A stretch of 64,000 nucleotides of DNA, from contig OX597823.1 in assembly GCA_951406725.2 (NCBI GenBank), positions 112,220,001-112,284,000 on the forward strand, in the 5' to 3' direction. The translations under genes and the position numbers were made by a program. Below are positions 51,141 through 64,000 of this stretch, one piece after another; position 1 is the stretch's first letter, and the number at the start of each line of letters is the position of its first letter. The notes below the pieces were generated by a model. It did not search any database. It was not told the origin of the DNA and worked only from the letters and a program-made list of their open reading frames with translations. The DNA comes from Octopus vulgaris. Its lineage: Eukaryota.

Positions 51141-51773
51141 AGTAATAAGGACCATAATAAAAGTAGTAGTAGCAGCAGCAGCAGCAGCAATACTTATAGT
51201 AAAATAATAACAATAATAATAATAATAATAATGATAATAACGATAATAATGATATTAAGAAGAAGAAAAAGAAGAATCATCCTATATTCTTCAAGAAAGA
51301 TTCTTGAGATTTGAAGAGGCTTTTCACTAAATACCAAGATAAAATATGAGTGCTAACTAAATTAGCAGGCACTGTCGTAATAACATTGATTTAAATGCAA
51401 TTTTGCTAAAAAGAAAAAAGAAAGAAAGGAATTTTAACAATCGTATTAAATTCATTTAAAAGTATTCTCTTGGTAAAGAAAGTGTTAACTGATCATTTTC
51501 TTAGTGTGGAAACCCCAGCATTTTCGAACAGTTACTAACATATGGTCAAGTGAACCAATACTCATAGGTATAAATACGAATTTATCATCAGAGTAGAGAG
51601 ACAATAGCATTCAAAGAGATGATTGTAAATATTCTTGCTGTCACTAGTTTTGAAAGAGTGTACACATTCGTAGATCAGCTGACCTCTATTACTGTATTTA
51701 ATTTTCCTTCATGTCCCAAACCGCTATTTTAGACCTTTGTGAATGTGCTTGATAGGAAAGATCCGTCAATATA

Positions 51774-52162
51774 CTAGCAGTATCGCCCGGCATTGCTCGG
51801 GTTTGTTTTGACCCTTTAGAATTGGAATTTTTGAAAAGTAAAAATTTTGCATTATGTATCTTGTTATTCTCTTTGAGTGAACATTTTTCTGGTTGAAATA
51901 CACTGAAAAATGGCGATACAGCAGTCAAAAAATTGTAATAAATAGAGATTTTCATAGAAGAAAAGCACCTTTTTTATGTAAATAATTTTTGGTGTTAAGA
52001 TGGTCCAATTTGAATTTTTTCTTCTACGGAAGGAAGAACAAGCCTTCTTCTATCATACTCTCGATTTTGTCAACTTGCGCCACAGGGTCTCGGAGGTGAT
52101 AGTGTTTGTTGAAGGCTACCAAACCTGCCATACACAAACAACTTCAGCTTTATATATATAGA
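51774..52162 (-). mobile_element. Non-autonomous Helitron
   Basis: Minus strand A|TCTATATATATAAAG...cccgagcaatgccggg hairpin..CTAG|T: canonical TC start, CTRR end, subterminal hairpin and AT target. Confidence 0.8.
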
Positions 52163-52314
52163 TTACATTAAGTGATGAAACATGTAATGTATGTAATATT
52201 TTATATTTTTGCCTTAAGAAGGTAGCTTTTGTTATGCCTGCCATTGTATGTTGTTTCAGAAAAAGCCTTGTGCTTCACTGGAAGGTAACACACACACTCT
52301 CTCTCTCTCTTTAC

Positions 52315-52697
52315 ATTTTACTTGTTTCAGTCATATGACAGTTGCCATGCTGGAGCACTGCCTTTGGTCGAAGAAATCGACCTCAGGACTTATCCTTTGT
52401 AAGCCTAGTACTTATTCTATCAATCTCTTTTGCCAAACCGCTAAGTTACGGGGACGTAAACACAGCAGCATCGGTTGTCAAGCGATGTTGGGGGGAGGGG
52501 ACAAACAGACACACAAACATATACACGTATACATGCATACACACATACATACATACATACATATATATATATATATACATATATACAACGGGCTTCTTTC
52601 AGTTTCCGTCTACCAAATCCACTCAGAAGACACTTGCCCATGGTGCCTATGTGGTTGGTAAGCAAGCTACTTACCACACAGCCACTCCTACTCCTAT
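52315..52697 (-). mobile_element. SINE family A
   Basis: Reverse complement of family A with internal deletions. Confidence 0.8.
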
Positions 52698-53185
52698 AAT
52701 ATTGGGCAAAACATAATATAATATAGTTGATATTTTTGATTGCACTTTGAGTGTTTAGGAACCACATTCTTTGATTTCATTAATAGGTTTCTTGCTAGTA
52801 TCTCATGCAGCTAATTAAAGACGTGAAAATTTTTTTCTGTACTACTACATCTAGCAATGACACATTCCATGCTGTGGAACTGACATCGAGCTAAATGGAC
52901 TTAACCATTAATAGTTTTATGTCTTGAACACAGAGAAGCTGGAGTAGTGACAAAATGTAACCTGAGATTTTATGTTAGAAACTACAAGTTGAATTATATC
53001 GAAATATAAAGACAAAACATTTTAAAGAAACTGTATTGAGTTTCATAATGATTAGTAACACAACATCATATACACCCATAAAATTTAAATAGAGTATACT
53101 TTACTTTTTAATACATATATGCATATATATGTATATATGCATATTTATGCACATACATATATATATACACTCAGATACATATATA

Positions 53186-53221
<36 letters not shown>

Positions 53222-54162
53222 TATGCATGCTCAAATTTGTGTATATATGTGTATGGATGTAACTATATATATATGTGTGTACATATATACATATATATTT
53301 TTGCATATGTATGTATCAATATCTGTAGTTATCTATCTGTATGTGTGTGTATGTATATATATATATATATATATACATATATATGTATGTATGTATATAT
53401 GTGTGTATGGGGGGGTATACATAACTGATGCAATTGCTAAGATATTACTTTCAGATGAATAATACCCTCCCACACCATTCCTAACTCTGCACCACACCAC
53501 AAAAGTAATGTACATAAAAGCAGATGCACACTAGCACACATGCATACTTATATATATATATATATGTGCATGTATTTCTGTCTTTAAAAAAATATATATA
53601 TACTGCTATATAGCATTACAGTTTAAATTAGTGGTAGAGCAGAGAAATGTTATTCTAAGAGACTTTGGGAATTTTATGAAACAAAACTCGCCAAAAAAAT
53701 AATAATTTCTTTATTCTAATAGAAATAAATGTTTTATGAAACACAATACTACTTATTTATTTTTATTCCTGCTAATAAATAAACATATTCGAAAGATAAA
53801 TGGATTTATTCCAAGTTAACCTTACCATGTAACAAGTTGAATTTTATTGCTTTTCAATATTTTATTGCTGTTCTATACAACTTAATACGAGATACTTTTA
53901 TTACATTTGATTTAATAATATTTCGAGTAGACAACTCCTAATCCTCTCCATCTACTTGTTTTGTATTACTTTTTTAAAATGCATATTGAAAAATGCTGTT
54001 TCTTTTACATATAGGATTCATTTTATTTGTATTATACATGCACACACTTATATATAAACACAAACACATTTTATATACTATATATATTTTTTTATTTATA
54101 CACATGCATGCACAAACACATATATGCATACATATATGTGTACATGTTATATATGTGTGTGC

Positions 54163-54202
<40 letters not shown>

Positions 54203-54289
54203 CTGTATACATACATGCTTGTATATAGGTACAAATAACTACGTACATATACATGAAGCATATATATGTGTCTATATAACCATGCAGCT

Positions 54290-54326
<37 letters not shown>

Positions 54327-54426
54327 TTATACACACACACATATATATATATGTGTACATGCCTATATACATACATATGCATATAGATATATAAACATAC
54401 ATACATATATACACATATATGTATGA

Positions 54427-54460
<34 letters not shown>

Positions 54461-54692
54461 TAAAATAATATATCACTTATATTATAATATATGTGGCCTG
54501 TTAGCAATTAAAATCTAAAGGCAAATTAATAAACAAGGACACAAATAGTATCGGCATTGCTAGAAATAAGAGTAAACAACGACTCAAATAGCCACACAAA
54601 GCACTAAATTTATGAGTTGAAAAGAAGCGCAGGAGTAAGAAAAAGTACCTTTTTATGGTGAGATAAGCTCACAAAATGAAGTAAGCAGATAT

Positions 54693-54750
54693 ATCCATAT
54701 CATGTGATTTCGAACCGTGATGATTTTAATCTTAGTTCTCATCAGTGGAT
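54693..54750 (-). ncRNA. Type I hammerhead ribozyme motif with complete core
   Basis: Minus: atcca CTGATGA gaac-taagattaaaatcatcacg-gttc GAAA tcacatgaT A tggat. 5-bp stem I, 4-bp stem II with G10.1-C11.1, stem III atc/gat, AUA site. Confidence 0.75.
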
Positions 54751-55149
54751 TTTACTGATGCTCCAAGCTAAAAGGGTATAGTTTACTGCTGCAGGATAGA
54801 TACGATCAACAAAAAAATCCTCCATTGTGAGAGATAAATATTTGACATACACATAATTTAAAAAAGAGCTACTAATTGTTCCATGCTACAGAGATACAAA
54901 AATTTGTCAGAGTTATATAATATGATGTGTCTATAAGCAATCTTTCAGTCACAGTGTAAACCGTTGGTCCAACTTTAGAGCAACAATTCCAAAGGATTGC
55001 TTGGAGACACACAGCATGTTATTTAAGTCTACCAAATTATTGTATCGCTACAGCATGAAGCAATTAGTTGGTCTTTTTCATATTCTGTGTATATTAAATG
55101 ATATATATATATATTAGGAAGGGCATCCAGCTGTAGAAACCATGCCAAA

Positions 55150-55443
55150 CCTTGGGCTGACCAAAGCCTTGTAAGTGGATTTGGTAGACGGAAACTGAAA
55201 GAAACCCGTCATATATATGTGTGTGTGCTTGTATGTCTGTGTTTGTTCCCCACCAGCATCAATTGACAGCTGATGCTGGAGTGTTTACGTCCCCCGTAAC
55301 TTAGCGATTCAGCAAAAAGTAACTGATAGAATAAGTACTAAGCTTACAAGGAATAAGTCCTGGGGTTGATTTGCTCGACTAAAGGCGATGCTCCAGCATG
55401 GCTGCAGACAAATGACTGAAACAAGTAAAAGAGTAAAAGAGTA
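55150..55443 (+). mobile_element. SINE family A, 5'-truncated
   Basis: gaccaaagccttgtaagtggatttggtagacgg...ctccagcatggctgcagacaaatgactgaaacaagtaaaagag. Confidence 0.8.
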
Positions 55444-56026
55444 TATATATATATATATATGTGCACACACACATAGTAACATACATTAAGATACATACAC
55501 AACACATTTTGAGATGCATATACAGATATATATATATATATATATAATCTATAAAGTTTTTGATGTAGACGACACATGGAAAATAGATGTGATATAACAA
55601 TGATGATGTTGATAATGATGATGATGGAAATGATGACGACAATGATGGATGGGTCCTCTCTAGTACAGAACTTCACCATATATGTCCTTCAGACCAATTT
55701 TGAGGATGTGCTTCTTAGTTTTTTTCTTTTTTTTTATCTCTCCCTAGTAGTTGGATCACCTGACTCTTCTTTACCCTATTCTCACCTGCTATACGCATCA
55801 CTTTTCCTCATCAGCACACCCTTCTTTCTTGCACATTACATTTGATTTCTCTTATTACCAGCTTTTCCTTCAACTTATTCCTGTTTTGTTGAACAATTAC
55901 AGTAACATTATAAATCCAACGAAGTACATTCAACTCATTTCCTTCTAATATTCGCTTCTTACCATCTACATTCAATTTGTAAGTGGATTTGCCACTTTGT
56001 AAAAATCACACTCCATGCATATATAT

Positions 56027-56438
56027 ATTTCTTTATTGCCCACAAGGGGCTAAACATAGAGGGGACAAACAAGGACAGACAAATGGATTAAGTCGATTAC
56101 ATCGACCCCAGTGCATAACTGGTACTTAATTTATCGACCTCGAAAGGATGAAATGTAAAGTTGACCTCGGCGGAATTTGAACTCAGAACGTAACGACAAG
56201 CAAAATACCAATTTCTTTATTACCCACAAGGGGCTAAACACAGAGGAGACAAACATGGACAAACAGATTAAGTTGATTACATCGACCCCAGTGCATAACT
56301 GGTACTTATTTAATCGACCCCAAAAGGATGAAAGGCAAAGTTGACCTCGGCAGAATTTGAATTCAGAGCATAACAACAGACAAAATACTGCTAAGCATTT
56401 CACCCGGTGTGCTAACGTGTCTGCCAGCTCACCACCTT
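56027..56438 (-). mobile_element. Family N SINE dimer
   Basis: Two units about 184 bp apart. The junction near 56205 reads aaagaaattggtatttt on the minus strand, like the 25771 array. Confidence 0.85.
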
Positions 56439-56539
56439 ATGTGTATGCGTATATAATCATCATATAAATTCTCTCATCCAAAAGTAAATACTCTTTTGAA
56501 CCTTTCCCAGCCAGTTTCTTATTCTGGTCACTTTTTTGG

Positions 56540-56872
56540 GACCCCCTTCGGTCATGACTGACTGTGGGTTTGCACCTAGAAAGTTACCCTCCCAGGCACA
56601 AGCCCGGGCAAGTTTGTTTATGGAAGACTAGCAGTCGCCCATGCATACCGGCCTCCCCTCTCCACACCACCAGTGTTATCCAGGGGAAAGGCAAAGGGGC
56701 TGATACAGCTTGGCACCTGTGACGTTGCAACTCATTTCTACAGCTGAGTAAACTGGAGCAACGTGAAATAAAGTGTCTTGCTCAAGAACACAACACACAG
56801 CCCGGTCCTGGATTTGAACTCACAACCTCATGATCGTAAGCTCGACGCTCTAACCACTGAGCCATGCACCTT
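56540..56872 (-). mobile_element. SINE family C
   Basis: Homologous to 4535-4860. Confidence 0.8.
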
Positions 56873-57449
56873 CATTATTCTGGTCACTATGCTTTCAAAA
56901 TTATCACCACTCACTGGTAATTAAGTCATCTAGGAAACAGAACTTATCAACTATTTCTATAGGGCCCTCCAAGAATTTGAAGGAATTTATAGTTTAGGGC
57001 AGGTATGGTGGTCTATTTGGAAAATCTGCTTCCAACCACAAAGTTTTATGCTTGGCTCCTCTTTATGACATCTTTGGCAAGTGCCTTCTACTATATTTTT
57101 GGCCCATCCAAAACCTTGTGAGTGGATTTGATAGAGGGAAACTGAAAGAAGCATTTTATGTGTATACATAAGCATGCATGTGAGTGTGTTTGTGTGTGTG
57201 CACGTGTGTTTGTGTGGTACCTTGTTTTGGCATTATGTAACACTTGTAAATGAGTATCACTGTCATACAAGCAGTGGCGTTCATTTCTAATATCCATGAA
57301 AAGCAAAAATCATGTCTGACCGTAGAGAAGCATTATCATTCTCAGAAATAGGTGGGAGCTGATGAGAGGAAAAGTATTCAACTATGGAAAATCTGCCTCG
57401 GCGAATTCCATCTAACTTGGGAAAGTATGGAAAAATGACTGTTAAAACA

Positions 57450-57790
57450 ATGTTGATGATGACAATGATGATGAGGATGATGAGGATGATGACGACGATG
57501 ATGATGATGATGATGACGACGATGACAATGATTATGGCGATGATGATGATGATGACAACAACGACGATGACGATGACCATGATGATGATGATGATGACAA
57601 CGACGACGATGACGATGATGATGATGACAACGACGATGATGATGATGATGATGATGATGACAATGATGATGAGGATGACGACGATGATGATGACAATGAT
57701 GATGATGACGACGATGATGTTGACAATGATGATCATGATGATGATGACGATGATGACGACGACAGCGATGACGATGATGATGATAATGGT
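57450..57790. repeat. (GAT/GAC)n microsatellite
   Basis: Directly visible. Confidence 0.9.
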
Positions 57791-59011
57791 GGTGACGGAG
57801 GTTCTGTTGCCTCTAGCTACTGTTCCATATGCCATACATGAAGTCCGTCTTGCCTGCCAGGCTGGTTGTGATCTTGCTGCACCACTTTTGCTTTCGTAGT
57901 TTACATTAGACACACACAACGGTTCCTGCATACATTTTTCTGAATACTGACGATGGCCACTTCCAGAATGGAAGTAAAACACCCCACCACCACCACCACT
58001 ATCTTTTATTTATTTTATTTTTTTTTGACAACAGAAATTTGTTTGCTTGGCTTATTTCAAGTACTCTTAATTCTAGGTTGTGTTGCCATGTTTGGAATTT
58101 CTTCCTTAATTCTTGAAGAGACTTCGCAATATGTCATGAACACATGAAAGTTTCCATAGACATCTGCCCTTAAACTCCTAAATTTTTGTCTGAATATCCG
58201 TAATAAAAAGATGAGGGTTGAGGACCAAATTCAGAAGAACATCTGCTATTTAAATTCCGTACTGAACTCTTTACTAACTCTCACCTTGCTGACAGCACAC
58301 ACATATATACACATACATACACACACACCATCACAAAAATATACACACACATATGCACACGCAAATGAACTGACATTCCCATATTTATTATATCTTTCAC
58401 ATACATATTCTTTCTTTTGCTATTATTTACAATTATTGATGTTGTTGATCTTTATGCTGTTTTAGTTGTTCGGAATATTGCTGTTATTTCCTTTTCAATT
58501 TTCATTTTTATTTCACTTCTTTGTTCTTATTTATATACGATTTTAGACTTTTTCACATATTTAATCTTTGAATATTAAATCATTGGTTGTAAATTGAGTA
58601 GCTTATGGTAAAAACATTCTCAAAGACTCGTGTTTGCAATGGATAAAAGATAATCGTGACAGTCTGGAGAGGTAAAATTAAATCAAGGTTGAAAGTGAAT
58701 GTGTTATATATTTTTATTACCATTTTATCAATATTATTTTTGTTAATGTTGTTACCATAATCACTTTATTGTTGTTGTTGTTGTTGTTATTATTATTATT
58801 TCTATTCCTTTTTTTTTTTTTCATTAACAAGACATCTTTCCCACATAATGTCTGTGGACATGCTATGTTCAAAGATAAATAGATTAACTGATAAATATAA
58901 GGACAAAGAAAATAATATATTATATATATATACATACATGCATACACACACATACATGTGCAAATACAAGTGTACACGCACATCTAAATGCCTCTATATA
59001 TAAATATATGC

Positions 59012-59045
<34 letters not shown>

Positions 59046-59076
59046 ATATATATGTATATATATATGTATGTATATA

Positions 59077-59110
<34 letters not shown>

Positions 59111-59514
59111 CTCCATATAAAAATATGAGCTTATATAATATTTGTATATGCACGTGTATGTGCACATCCACACACACACACACACACACACAAACACATG
59201 CACACATACATACATACATGCATATACCAATTTATTTATTTTGTGTCTTACTTGTTTCAGTCATTAGACAGTGGCCAGGCTGGGGCACTTCTTTGAAGAA
59301 TTTTAATTGAATAAATTGACAACAGCATTTTACGTTTTGCTAAACTCAATACTTATGATATTGATCTCTATTTGCCAAAGAGTTAAGTTACTGGGCAGTC
59401 GACAAATTAACACCAATTGTCAGGCAGTGATGAGGGACAAATGCAAGCACAAAGATACACATGATACAAACACACACATACATCCACATACACACATACA
59501 CACTCACACACTCA

Positions 59515-59640
59515 CAGACAGACAGACAGACAGATAGATAGACAGACAGACAGATAGATCAATCGATAGATAGACAGATAGATAAATAGATCGATAGATA
59601 GATAGATAGATAGATAGATCGATAGATAGATAGATAGATC

Positions 59641-59720
<80 letters not shown>

Positions 59721-59775
59721 TATCGATAGATAGATAGACAGACAGACAGATGGATAGATTGATGGATGGATGGAT
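59515..59775. repeat. (GATA)n/(GACA)n microsatellite
   Basis: Directly visible. Confidence 0.9.
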
Positions 59776-60103
59776 TAGTTACAGGATTCATTAGAATCAA
59801 AGTGCATCAACACATAGGATACCAAAACTGGATAAGTATCATAGCATAGAGTTCACAGGGGGGTTAAAACTACCACAAGGTATCATATGTCGGTAGCAAA
59901 CCACAGGTATATAGATATGTAAGTACCAGAATTAATTTAAACTGCAGATCTGATTCAGGGCTCATCCCACCTAAAAAATGAAGAACACAAATAAGGTTTA
60001 AAATTTAGTACACCTGTTTTGGTAGAATTTTATTGATGTATTCATAGATTACATCATAGCATAAAGCCATCATCTTCAGGTAAAATTTTAAACAAGTATG
60101 AAC

Positions 60104-60605
60104 AGGTGTAGGAGTGGCTGTGTGGTAAGTAGCTTACTTATGAACCACATGGTTCCGGGTTCAGTCCCACTGCATGGCACCTTGGGCAAGTGTCTTCTAC
60201 TATAGCCTCAGGCTAACCAAAGCCTTGTGAGTGGATTTGGTAGGCGGAAACTGAAAGAAGCAAGTAGCTCGCACACCAACCACATGGTTCTGGGTTCAGT
60301 CCTACTGTGTGACAGCTTGGGCAAGCATCTTCTGCTATAGCCTCGAGCCAACCAAAGCCTTGTGAGTGGATTTGGTAGACGTCGTTTATATGTGTGTGTG
60401 TATGTTTGTGTTTGCTCCCCAACCATTGTTTGACAACCGATGTTGGTGTGTTTATGTCCCCATAACTTAGAAATTTGGCAAAAGAGACTGATAGAATAAG
60501 TAGTAGGCTTACAAAGAATAAGTCCTGGGATTGGTTTGTTTGACTAAAGGTGGTGCTCCAGCTTGGCCGTAGTCAAATGACTAAAACAAGTAGAAGAGTA
60601 AAAGT
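60104..60605 (+). mobile_element. SINE family A with duplicated head
   Basis: Segment aagtagct..ccacatggtt..gtggatttggtag occurs twice (near 60127 and 60262). Confidence 0.8.
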
Positions 60606-60611
60606 GTAAAG

Positions 60612-61178
60612 ATCTCTAAAATTGTCAAGAAGGCTGCTGAGGGTGTTTTGGCATCACTCAGCAAGACCTTTGTCAGCCATTCTCCAGGTATCTATTTAAA
60701 GCTGTATATGGCTATGTTGTGGCCACACTTGGAATTTGCATCACCAGTCTGGAACCCTTACCTTGCTCAGGCCATTGACCTCCTGGAAACTGTTTCTGAG
60801 ATGTGCCACCAAGCGAACACCCTCCATCGGGCATCTACCATACTCTGAACATCTTGCTTCCCTGAGGTAGATACATTGAAGCTCCGACGCCTGGCAACTG
60901 ACTTAGTAAACACCCACAAAATTATTAATCATTATGCCTACAACTACCTTGAACACCTTTTTGAGCGCCATGTGTTTAACACACATGGGCATGCCTATAA
61001 AGTCAGAAAACAGCACAGCTCCCTTGACTTTTGGAAACATTTTTTTTCACACTCAGAGTTGCTGAAACATGGAACAAACTACTTGCATCAGTTGTTAGTT
61101 GCCAAGACATTGCATCCTTTAAAACCTTTATGCTTCCTGAAATTCACCAACACTACACCTGATATCCCCACCTCCATG
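60612..61178 (+). mobile_element. CR1/L2-type LINE 3' fragment
   Basis: YLKLYMAMLWPHLEFASPVWNPY..LRRLATDL..THGHAYK..; another frame gives RVAETWNKL. This is the RPxLEY..VWxP / RGHxxK / WNxL pattern. Confidence 0.8.
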
Positions 61179-61179
61179 T

Positions 61180-61752
61180 GCATCATCATTGTTCGACCGT
61201 GGTCGAGACAATGGAATTTACTATGTTACGCCAGACTTCACGGTCCATCATAGCATTACGGAGGTCCCATTGCTGGATGCCTGTATCCCTGGAGATTACA
61301 TCAGGGTAGGAGAGTGTGGACCCTCTGGTATCGCGAGCAGATGGCTTCCAGAAGAGAAGAGTAAAAATTACCTCGTTTTCAGCTCTACAACAATGTCCAG
61401 CAAACTGGACTCTCCTACCTTTCACAAGAGATGATACAGGTGGTAGTTTCCCATATATTTGCATTTTGGTTGGATGGCGCTTCCACGAGAGATTTTGAGC
61501 TCTCATAAGGAGGCGAGTGTAGGTTCCATCCAACCGCCTCTCAAGCTTCTCTGATAACGTCCAGGTTTCTGAGCCATATAGTAGAATTGGTTCGACTGTG
61601 GCTTTGAGATTTCAAGTTTGAAGTCTCTACTTATATTTTATGACCAGATCTTAGGCATATCATTACAGGCTGACTAGGCCATACCCTTTCTAGTTAGAAA
61701 ATCTTTTTCAGATTATGATATGTATAACCCAAGATATTTGTAATCAGAAACC
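61180..61752 (-). mobile_element. RTE-like LINE 3' fragment
   Basis: VSDYKYLG..ATVEPILLYGSETWTLSEKLERRLDGTYTRLLMRAQNLSW..RRVQFAGHCCR..DREVWR, with a (TGA)n tail. Confidence 0.85.
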
Positions 61753-61899
61753 ATATGTATATCATATATGTCATGATATACATATGGTTTCTGATTACAA
61801 ATTACTTTGCTGACTTTTATACATAATTCTATGTACTATACATGCACCTTTGATGAGTCGTAGTGCACTTGAGTACTCTACACAATCATTTCATTATTG

Positions 61900-62270
61900 T
61901 TACTTCTGCCTTAGTGAAGGCAGATGTATTCTTTTCAGTCGTGTTTGTTTGTTTGTCTGTCTGGGGACAAGATATCTCAAGAACCGCTGGATGAATTCAG
62001 ATGAAACTTTCAAAGATATTTGGCCTCATAACTGGCACAAACTGATTAAATTTTGGGATCGATTTGGTACCGAACAAGGATTCTGGATTATTTTTCCTGT
62101 TTTTTTAACTTAATTTTTGAGAGCAGTCAAGTTAATTTTTAGTATTCCCGTTTGTGAGAGCAGTCAAGTTTATTTCAGATATTCTCATTTTAAAAATCAT
62201 CTCTGTCTAATCGTTGAGAGGATGTTGATGTTGCCTTGGCAGAGGTTTGCCCTCTATGAGTGCTTTTGTT
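61900..62270 (+). mobile_element. Helentron-associated non-autonomous element (HINE/DINE-1-like)
   Basis: Subterminal inverted repeats ttctgcc / ggcagagg, (GTTT/GTCT)n microsatellite near the 5' end, 3' stem-loop ctc-tat-gag before a T-run. Confidence 0.65.
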
Positions 62271-62379
62271 TTAATACTGAACTCAAGAAGACCTATGCTC
62301 AACAGCAAAAGCATTACAGTTGCTCCTCACTAACAAAGCTGATTGACATGCAGGAGTTCTGTACTGATGTCATATAAAA

Positions 62380-62602
62380 GGTACTTGTGCTGGTAACACA
62401 TAAAAGTTCTACGTTATAAGCACCCAGCACACTTTATAAAGTTGTTGGCATCAGGAAGAGCATCCAGCCATAGAAGCCATGCTAAATAAGAGTGGAATCT
62501 GGTGCAGTTCTCCAGCTTGCCAGTTCTAGTCAAGCTGTCCAACCCATGGACAACAGACATTAAATTATGCCGATGATGGTGATGATGATGATAATGATGA
62601 TG
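62380..62602 (+). mobile_element. SINE family B, diverged
   Basis: gttggcatcaggaagagcatccagccatagaa..tccaacccatg..(GAT)n. Confidence 0.65.
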
Positions 62603-62636
62603 AGTACTAAATATGTAGATTGAAAGTATGCCTCTC

Positions 62637-62689
<53 letters not shown>

Positions 62690-62921
62690 AATGAATAATG
62701 AGCATCATTAGCCTTCTTGGATTTTATAGAATTGCTTTAACCTTTCTAAGATTCGAACACTGAGTCTCCATGTATGTACCTACAAAACAAGTAGAAAATA
62801 AACTAGTCTCGTACTATATAGTTCCTCTAAAAATCGCTGTTATTGCTACAGTCAACATTAGCTTGACTATCTCTCCTAACATCACATCCAACATCACAAC
62901 CACTACCACAACCACCACTAC

Positions 62922-62960
<39 letters not shown>

Positions 62961-63567
62961 TATCATCATATCATGTCAAATAACAACACAGACATCAGAT
63001 CACTGCTACCACCACCACCACCACCATATGATGATGATGATGACTGGTATATAATTATTAACCACAATCACATCACAACTTCTACTTGAGTTAAAACCCA
63101 ACCACATCAATTGCACCAGTCCCACTGACCACCACCCCTCACACACACACACACACACACACACGCACAACTCAACGCTATTATTACACCGCACTCCTGT
63201 TTTCACCCTTCCTCCTTCATGACCACGGGACCATTTACTTTCTTCATTATATTGAATTACAATACTTATATTTGATCAAACAAATATATGTAAATACATC
63301 CATCCCTTAACACATACACACACATATAAGTGTATATAAATATGTATATGTATATATACACACGTGTGTATATATATACACACACACACATACACAGACA
63401 AACTATTTATATATAAACACGTACATGCACACTTATAGAGTTATATATATATATATACACACACACATATATTATATATATACATATATATATACACAAA
63501 CATATATATATATACATATATATGTATATATATATATATACATATATATGTATATATATATATACAT

Positions 63568-63665
<98 letters not shown>

Positions 63666-63804
63666 TTGCACACACAAACACAATAATTCATTGCTTGACA
63701 AATACATACACATATACTAAATATACATACATGCCAACAAACACACACACATATACACATGCATGCATGCATACACACACATGCACACACATACACACAC
63801 ACAC

Positions 63805-63868
<64 letters not shown>

Positions 63869-64000
63869 TCATGTTTTGAGTACTATTTTTCCTGTCTACA
63901 TCACCAAACCTACACACAAAAACACACACACACATGTACATATATGTATATACGTATGTCCTCTACTGTTTTTAATTATATGTATGTACGTACATATGTA

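Overview
AT-rich, microsatellite-saturated eukaryotic DNA. The SINE repertoire and the (TA)n/(CA)n/(GATA)n density look like a coleoid cephalopod (Octopus-like); this is pattern recognition, not a database result. I see no intact host protein-coding gene, and nearly all listed ORFs are microsatellite translations. Supported content: (i) a Penelope-like element (PLE) reverse transcriptase open for about 425 codons and running off the left edge on the minus strand; (ii) an apparently intact tRNA-Asp(GTC) gene; (iii) an intronless, stop-interrupted Otu/OTUD4/ALG13-type Tudor retrocopy fused to a SINE tail; (iv) a PLE GIY-YIG fragment flanked by inverted pseudo-LTRs; (v) RTE and CR1-type LINE 3' fragments, a mariner transposase relic, MITEs, non-autonomous Helitrons/Helentron and many tRNA-derived SINEs. 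The most notable unannotated signals are about a dozen type I hammerhead-ribozyme-like motifs (intact, U3-A8 covariant, long-stem-II and inverted-pair forms) and SINE multimers that share one junction at two loci. Folding and alignments were done by eye, and repeat boundaries are approximate.
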